A DNA stretch of 62,604 nucleotides from assembly GCA_037139975.1 (NCBI GenBank), contig JBAXFJ010000003.1, positions 1 through 62,604 of the forward strand, in the 5' to 3' direction. Of this stretch, positions 57,411 to 62,604 are shown one piece after another. The notes under the pieces were generated by a model. The model did not search any database, was not told where the DNA came from, and was given only the letters and a program-made list of their open reading frames with translations. Every line of letters starts with the position of its first letter. Position 1 is the first letter of the stretch. Source of the DNA: a bacterium. Its GTDB lineage: Bacteria; Patescibacteriota; Minisyncoccia; Phycocordibacterales; SBAW01. The translations under genes were made by a program, and so were the position numbers.

Positions 57411-60400
57411 ATGTCAGCATCTTTTGCCCCGCTCCACAACCATTCACACTATTCACTCTTGGGGGCGCTGCCCAAACTGCCAGCGCTGGTGGCTGCGGCA
57501 AAAAAAGAAGGTTGCACTGCGTTGGCGCTCACCGACCTGGGCAATATGTATGGCACGGTCGAGTTTGTGCAGGAATGCCAGCATGAAGGCGTCAAACCAA
57601 TTATCGGTCTTGAAGCGTACCTTCAAGACGGCGCGCGACTGGTGCTGCTGGCCGAAAACGAGAGTGGGTATAAAAATTTGCTCAAGCTGGTGACCGTCTC
57701 ATACACAGCCGAACACGAAGGCCGACCCATCTGCACACCCGAGATGCTTGCCGCGCACGCGGGAGGCATCATCGCCATCGTGCCCTATCTGCGTGGTGAA
57801 GTGCAAAAGGCACTGCGTGGGCAAGAAAGCGCACAAAACAGAGAGCGTGCCGAAAAACTGCTTACTCAGTATCAAAAACTATTTGGCGCAGAGAACGTCT
57901 ATCTGGAAATCTCGCACTATGCGGGCAATGCCGAGCACGAAGCGTTGTTTGAGCGTCTGCAGGCGTTTGTACAGGAACACCACGCGTCGCTCGTCGCAGG
58001 ACAAGAGGTGTACTACCTGGGCGGCGACGACCGCCTCGCGTGGGAGACGATGCGTAAAATCGAAAACGGCTATGCTGCTGAGGACGACTTGACCGAAGAC
58101 TATGCTTTTCCCAAAGAAAAAGAGATGCAGCAAAAGTTCAAGAAGCTACCCGAAGCACTTGCAAACAGCCTCAAAATTGCTGAACGCTGCACCGTCGAGC
58201 TGGTCTTGGGCAAATTTGTCTTTCCTGCCTTTCCACTACCACCAAACAAAACAGCAGACGAACTGCTCCACGACCTGTGCATGGAGGGTGCTCGCGCTCG
58301 CGGTGTCGCTGAAGACGCCCTTGTGTTGGAGCGGCTCGAATATGAGCTGGGCATCATCAAGTTTAAGGGTTATGCGATGTACTTTTTGGTGGTTGAAGAC
58401 CTCATCCGCTTTGCGCGCGAACACGACATCTACTACAACATTCGCGGTTCGGTGGCGGGCTCGATGACCACCTACCTTTTGCAAATTACCAAAATTGATC
58501 CACTTGAATACAAAATCCCCTTTGAGCGCTTCCTCAACCCTGAGCGCCCCTCGGCGCCCGACATCGACATGGACTTCGCCGATGACCGCCGCGACGAAGT
58601 GATCCGCTATGCGCGCGCAAAGTACGGTGAGACCCGGGTCGCACAAATTGGAACGTTTGGGACCATGCTCGCGCGCGGCGTAGTGCGGGACGTGGCGCGC
58701 GCGCTCGGCTACCCCTACGGCCTCGGCGACCGCGTCGCTAAGGAAATCCCCTTTGGCTCGCAAGGCTTTGCGATGACGCTCGACCGCGCGCTGACCGAAA
58801 ACCCCGAGCTCGGCAAACTCTACAAAGCCGACCAAGAGGTGAAAGAAGTCATCGACTTGGGCAAAAAGATCGAGGGCTGTGCACGGCACATCTCGGTGCA
58901 CGCGGCGGGCGTGGTCATCTCCCCCAAACCCCTTGTTGACTATGCCCCGCTCCAACACGACCCCAAGGGCGGCAAGCTCATCACCCAATACGACATGTAT
59001 TCAGTCGGCGAAGACGGTATCGGCCTCACCAAGTTTGACTTCCTCGGGATCCGCAACCTCACTATTCTTGCTGAGGCAGTGCGGCTGATAGAAAAGCTGC
59101 GCGGCGTCAAAGTCGACATTGAGGCAATCACCATGGACGATGCCAAAACATTTAAAATGCTCGCAGAGGGCAAAACCGAAGGCGTCTTCCAGATGGGCGG
59201 GGCCGGCATGACTAAGTGGCTCGTCGAACTGGGGCCCACCACCATCCACGACATCAACGCTATGGTCGCGCTCTATCGCCCAGGTCCCATGCAATTTATC
59301 CCCGACTACATCAAACGCAAACACAACCCGGAGTTGGTCACCTATCTCGACCCGGTTATGGAACCAATTTTGAAACAAACCTATGGCGTGCTGGTCTATC
59401 AAGACGACCTGCTCATCATGGCCAACCAACTCGCAGGCTATTCGTGGGGCGAGGTCGACAAATTTCGCAAAGCAGTGGGCAAAAAAATTCCTGAAGAAAT
59501 GGCCGCTCAGAAAGAAAAATTTATCCAAGGCTGCGTCACGCATGTGGGGTGGAAGCTTGCCAAAGCTCAAGAAGTGTGGGCGTGGATCGAGCCGTTTGCT
59601 GCCTATGGTTTCAACAAAGCACATTCGGCGAGCTATGGCCGCGTCGCCTACCAGACTGCATACATGAAGGCCAATTTCCCCGTCGAATACATGACGGCGG
59701 TCCTGACCGCAGAGTCGGGCAACATGGATACCATCACCACGATGATCGCCGAGTGCAAACGCATGCACATCCCCGTCTTGCCACCTGACGTGAACGAGAG
59801 TTTTGGAGACTTTACCGTCATTGACGATAGTATTCGCTTTGGCCTCTATTCAATCAAAAATTTTGGCGCGGGTGTTTCTGACTCGATCATCGCTGAACGA
59901 AAAAAGAACGGGCGGTTTAGTTCACTGAGCGATTTTCTCTCTCGTATTACTGACTCAAACCTCAACAAAAAAGGCCTTGAATCGCTCATCGAATGTGGCG
60001 CACTCGACTCACTCTATCAATCAACAAGCGGGCAAGAGTATACTGATGGCGGCCGCGGGCAGATGCTGGCTGCAATCGAGACCCTGCTGCAGTACCACCG
60101 CGACGTAGTAAAAGAAAGCTCCCACGACTCGCTCTTTGGGGCACTGGGTGGCACCACCAGCGAGCTGAAGCTCCCTCCCGCCCCCGAGGTGCCCATGGAA
60201 ACGCGCCTTGCATGGGAAAAAGAATTGCTTGGACTCTATGTTTCGGGGCACCCTCTGGACCGGTTCAAAGAAAAGCTCGACAAGCGCACGATGACCATTG
60301 GCCAAATGCGAACGCAGGTGATGCCTGGCGCCACGACGGTTGCGGCGGGCATGGTCGAGGACGTCCGCGTAATCCTCACCAAAGGCGGCGACCAAATGGC

Positions 60401-60572
60401 GTTCATTAAAATTGCCGACTATGACGGCTCCATCGAAGCCGTGATCTTCCCCAAAAGCTTTGCAGAATATAAAAGCATCATTCAACCCGACATGTGCATC
60501 GCGCTCAAGGGCAAGCTCAGCAACCGCAACGGCGAACTCTCGCTGGTTGCAGACGCGCTCAAGGCGCTTTAA
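57411..60572 (+). CDS. dnaE: DNA polymerase III alpha subunit
   Basis: PHP domain LHNHSHYSLL, then polymerase core and OB fold. ATG at 57411. Confidence 0.95.
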   Translation: MSASFAPLHNHSHYSLLGALPKLPALVAAAKKEGCTALALTDLGNMYGTVEFVQECQHEGVKPIIGLEAYLQDGARLVLLAENESGYKNLLKLVTVSYTAEHEGRPICTPEMLAAHAGGIIAIVPYLRGEVQKALRGQESAQNRERAEKLLTQYQKLFGAENVYLEISHYAGNAEHEALFERLQAFVQEHHASLVAGQEVYYLGGDDRLAWETMRKIENGYAAEDDLTEDYAFPKEKEMQQKFKKLPEALANSLKIAERCTVELVLGKFVFPAFPLPPNKTADELLHDLCMEGARARGVAEDALVLERLEYELGIIKFKGYAMYFLVVEDLIRFAREHDIYYNIRGSVAGSMTTYLLQITKIDPLEYKIPFERFLNPERPSAPDIDMDFADDRRDEVIRYARAKYGETRVAQIGTFGTMLARGVVRDVARALGYPYGLGDRVAKEIPFGSQGFAMTLDRALTENPELGKLYKADQEVKEVIDLGKKIEGCARHISVHAAGVVISPKPLVDYAPLQHDPKGGKLITQYDMYSVGEDGIGLTKFDFLGIRNLTILAEAVRLIEKLRGVKVDIEAITMDDAKTFKMLAEGKTEGVFQMGGAGMTKWLVELGPTTIHDINAMVALYRPGPMQFIPDYIKRKHNPELVTYLDPVMEPILKQTYGVLVYQDDLLIMANQLAGYSWGEVDKFRKAVGKKIPEEMAAQKEKFIQGCVTHVGWKLAKAQEVWAWIEPFAAYGFNKAHSASYGRVAYQTAYMKANFPVEYMTAVLTAESGNMDTITTMIAECKRMHIPVLPPDVNESFGDFTVIDDSIRFGLYSIKNFGAGVSDSIIAERKKNGRFSSLSDFLSRITDSNLNKKGLESLIECGALDSLYQSTSGQEYTDGGRGQMLAAIETLLQYHRDVVKESSHDSLFGALGGTTSELKLPPAPEVPMETRLAWEKELLGLYVSGHPLDRFKEKLDKRTMTIGQMRTQVMPGATTVAAGMVEDVRVILTKGGDQMAFIKIADYDGSIEAVIFPKSFAEYKSIIQPDMCIALKGKLSNRNGELSLVADALKAL

Positions 60573-60583
60573 GATAGGAAGAT

Positions 60584-61813
60584 ATGGAAGAAAAAGGACA
60601 GGAGCAGCACGACCATCGCCGAATTGGGCAGGAACTCGATTTATTTACGTTTTCAGACCTCGTTGGTTCAGGACTCCCTTTATGGACACCCAAAGGCACC
60701 ATCGTGAGGCAAGAGCTCGACAAGTTCGTTTGGGAGATGCGCCAAGCCCGAGGCTATGAGCGCGTGACCATTCCACACATCACCAAGCGCGAACTCTATG
60801 AACAGTCGGGTCACTGGGAAAAATTTGCCGACGATCTCTTCAAAATCACCGCACGTGAAGGCCGCGAGTATGCACTCAAGCCGATGAGCTGTCCACACCA
60901 CACACAGATCTTTGCCCGTCGACCCTTTTCGTACCGTGAGATGCCCCAGCGCTATGCCGAGACAACCATGGTCTATCGTGACGAACAATCGGGCGAACTT
61001 GGTGGCCTCACCCGCGTGCTTTCCATCACTCAAGACGACGCACACGTCTTTTGCCGCGAAGAGCAGATGAAAGAAGAGTTCAAAAAAGTTTGGGATATTG
61101 TAGAAAATTTCTATAACACGTTTGGCTTCTCAGCGCTCAAAGTTCGCCTTTCGCTACACGACCCCGCAGCGCCAGAAAAATATCTAGGCACCACAGAACA
61201 GTGGAAAGTTGCCGAAGACATGCTCAGAGCCATTGCAAAAGAAAAAGGTGTTGAAACATTCGACGGTGTTGGCGAAGCAGCGTTCTATGGCCCCAAGCTC
61301 GACTTTATGGCCAATGACTCACTCGGTCGGCAGTGGCAAGTGGCAACCATTCAGCTCGACATGAACTTGCCCGATCGTTTTGACTTGACCTGCGTCAACG
61401 AAAAGGGCGAAAAAGAGCGCGTCGTCATGATCCACGCCGCGATCACCGGTGCCATCGAGCGCTTTATCGGCATCTTGCTGGAGCACTTGCAGGGCACCTT
61501 GCCCACGTGGCTCTCGCCGGTGCAAGCACGTATTCTCCCAATTGCAGACGCACACAAAGACTTTGCCTACGAAGTGATGCAAAATTTGAAAGACGCAGGA
61601 ATCCGGGTTGAAGTAGACGACAGCAACGAGACGCTCGGCAAGAAAATCCGCGAAGCAAGGATGCAAAAAATTCCTTACACGCTCGTGATTGGCGACGCAG
61701 AGGTAGAAGCGAAAACCGCAACACTCGAGAGCCGTGACCACGGCAAAGTGGGGGCACTTTCTATCGCAGACATAGTCTCAAAACTTTCAGAAGAGATCAA
61801 AACGCGCGCGTAA
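60584..61813 (+). CDS. thrS: threonyl-tRNA synthetase, catalytic core plus anticodon-binding domain only
   Basis: DHRRIGQELDLF..., class II motifs and a C-terminal HGTP anticodon domain. No TGS or editing domains are present. Confidence 0.9.
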   Translation: MEEKGQEQHDHRRIGQELDLFTFSDLVGSGLPLWTPKGTIVRQELDKFVWEMRQARGYERVTIPHITKRELYEQSGHWEKFADDLFKITAREGREYALKPMSCPHHTQIFARRPFSYREMPQRYAETTMVYRDEQSGELGGLTRVLSITQDDAHVFCREEQMKEEFKKVWDIVENFYNTFGFSALKVRLSLHDPAAPEKYLGTTEQWKVAEDMLRAIAKEKGVETFDGVGEAAFYGPKLDFMANDSLGRQWQVATIQLDMNLPDRFDLTCVNEKGEKERVVMIHAAITGAIERFIGILLEHLQGTLPTWLSPVQARILPIADAHKDFAYEVMQNLKDAGIRVEVDDSNETLGKKIREARMQKIPYTLVIGDAEVEAKTATLESRDHGKVGALSIADIVSKLSEEIKTRA

Positions 61814-61822
61814 CTAGAAGAG

Positions 61823-62206
61823 TTATTTTGTGCGCTCCAGCTGCGCAACAATAAATTCGTCTATTGCATCCCCTCGGCCTGCCCCACCAGGAAAAACCTC
61901 GGGTGGTTCTGTGTGCACGGCGTGTGCGTGACCGCCGTGCGCCGCACTATGACTCGCGTGCGACTTTGCAAAAAGCTTTGGTGGATGCTCGTCGACGTGT
62001 GAGTCTTTGGGCGCCTGAGGGTGCGTGCTGTGTGTATGAGATGCAGAGGACTCGCCGTGCGCCTCTACACCGAACAGAAGCGTTCCAAGCCTGTTAGCCA
62101 GCCTGTTTTGCACTTGGCGGACGACTATCAGATAAACAGAGAAGAATGACCAGGCCACCAGAAAGAACCAGTAGAGCGCTTCGGCAAATATCTGCGGTAC
62201 GTCCAT
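61823..62206 (-). CDS. hypothetical membrane protein with a His-rich soluble tail
   Basis: One N-terminal TM helix, then HGESSASHTHSTH...HASHSAAHGGHAHAVH. Confidence 0.45.
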   Translation of the reverse strand: MDVPQIFAEALYWFFLVAWSFFSVYLIVVRQVQNRLANRLGTLLFGVEAHGESSASHTHSTHPQAPKDSHVDEHPPKLFAKSHASHSAAHGGHAHAVHTEPPEVFPGGAGRGDAIDEFIVAQLERTK

Positions 62207-62245
62207 ATACTATGTCCCTTGTTATACAAGAAGTCTAGCCGATGC

Positions 62246-62590
62246 TCAACTTGTTTTTGTTTTGTTGAACTTGCTGTGGATTTGCGCGAACAGGAACGCG
62301 TCAGTGATGTCAGTGGTGTTAGTTTTCTGTGATGGCGCTGGCGACTGAACCGAAGCTTTGTAGTGCGCGACAAGGGCTGGTTGTGACGACGTCTCCCCGC
62401 TCGTTCCAAAAAGAAATTCTTTTACGAGGCGGGGGATGCCCGCGCGCGCACGACGCACTGTCACTGTATAGGCCACACCGAGGCAGAAAAGCACCAATGT
62501 GCTCCAGTACACCACCAGACCAATTGGTCCAAGTTCGAGCCCTGTGTAGGGCACTGCGGAAAGTGATATGTATGGCGTTGTGTTGGACAC
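62246..62590 (-). CDS. hypothetical membrane protein
   Basis: A hydrophobic helix (GLVVYWSTLVLFCLGVAYTV), then a polar tail. Confidence 0.45.
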   Translation of the reverse strand: MSNTTPYISLSAVPYTGLELGPIGLVVYWSTLVLFCLGVAYTVTVRRARAGIPRLVKEFLFGTSGETSSQPALVAHYKASVQSPAPSQKTNTTDITDAFLFAQIHSKFNKTKTS

Positions 62591-62604
62591 AATGGGCGAA
62601 TTAT

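Noticed and set aside
57411-60572. Inteins or mobile introns in dnaE, gyrA, clpB or rpoBC.
   Set aside because: Protein lengths and colinearity with canonical homologues leave no room for an intein-sized insert. I saw no Cys/Ser...His-Asn splice junction blocks or homing endonuclease motifs.

Overview
Gene-dense bacterial chromosome segment using the standard genetic code (TGA, TAA and TAG all end recognisable genes). It is dominated by core information-processing and cell-division genes: clpB, infB, rbfA, gyrA, rpsA, pth, lepB, rpsU, ybeY, ftsA, ftsZ, groES/groEL, secG, RNase J, a fused rpoB-rpoC, trmD, rpsP, RNase R, smc, rnc, nusB, rpmF, rnhB, dnaE and thrS. There are also five tRNA genes (Tyr, Cys, Leu-TAA, Leu-TAG, Lys). 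I infer a Patescibacteria/CPR (Parcubacteria-like) genome from several traits: trimmed domain architectures (short IF-2, ThrRS core only, hinge-less SMC), low-complexity tails on ribosomal proteins, solute-binding proteins without transporter partners, and an array of small VirB2-like membrane proteins. I saw no rRNA, CRISPR array, transposase, integrase or phage genes. The most unusual signals, all read directly from the DNA, are: (1) Small palindromic elements that recur at distant loci. Two of them sit in frame inside a cysteine desulfurase gene, with partner copies between rpsU and ybeY and in a 3' UTR. (2) A perfect 20-bp palindrome, CACTACGATATATCGTAGTG, present three times. Two copies tightly bracket a TrpR/YerC-like regulator gene and one lies inside rnhB. 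The cassette sits between the live RNase J 3' end and a second, synonymously diverged copy of that 3' end. (3) One continuous 2286-codon rpoB-rpoC ORF. (4) A six-gene minus-strand block: methyltransferase, orphan solute-binding protein and four tandem T4SS-pilin-like paralogs, with no secretion ATPase. (5) A tRNA-Leu 3'-end duplication next to an AT-rich islet carrying a lone MazF/PemK-like toxin. (6) Two long noncoding gaps (23553-24082 and 45304-45875) rich in hairpins, promoters and terminators. (7) -10-like hexamers 6-8 nt upstream of many start codons, suggesting leaderless mRNAs. Functional readings are inference from motifs recalled from memory; no searches were run.
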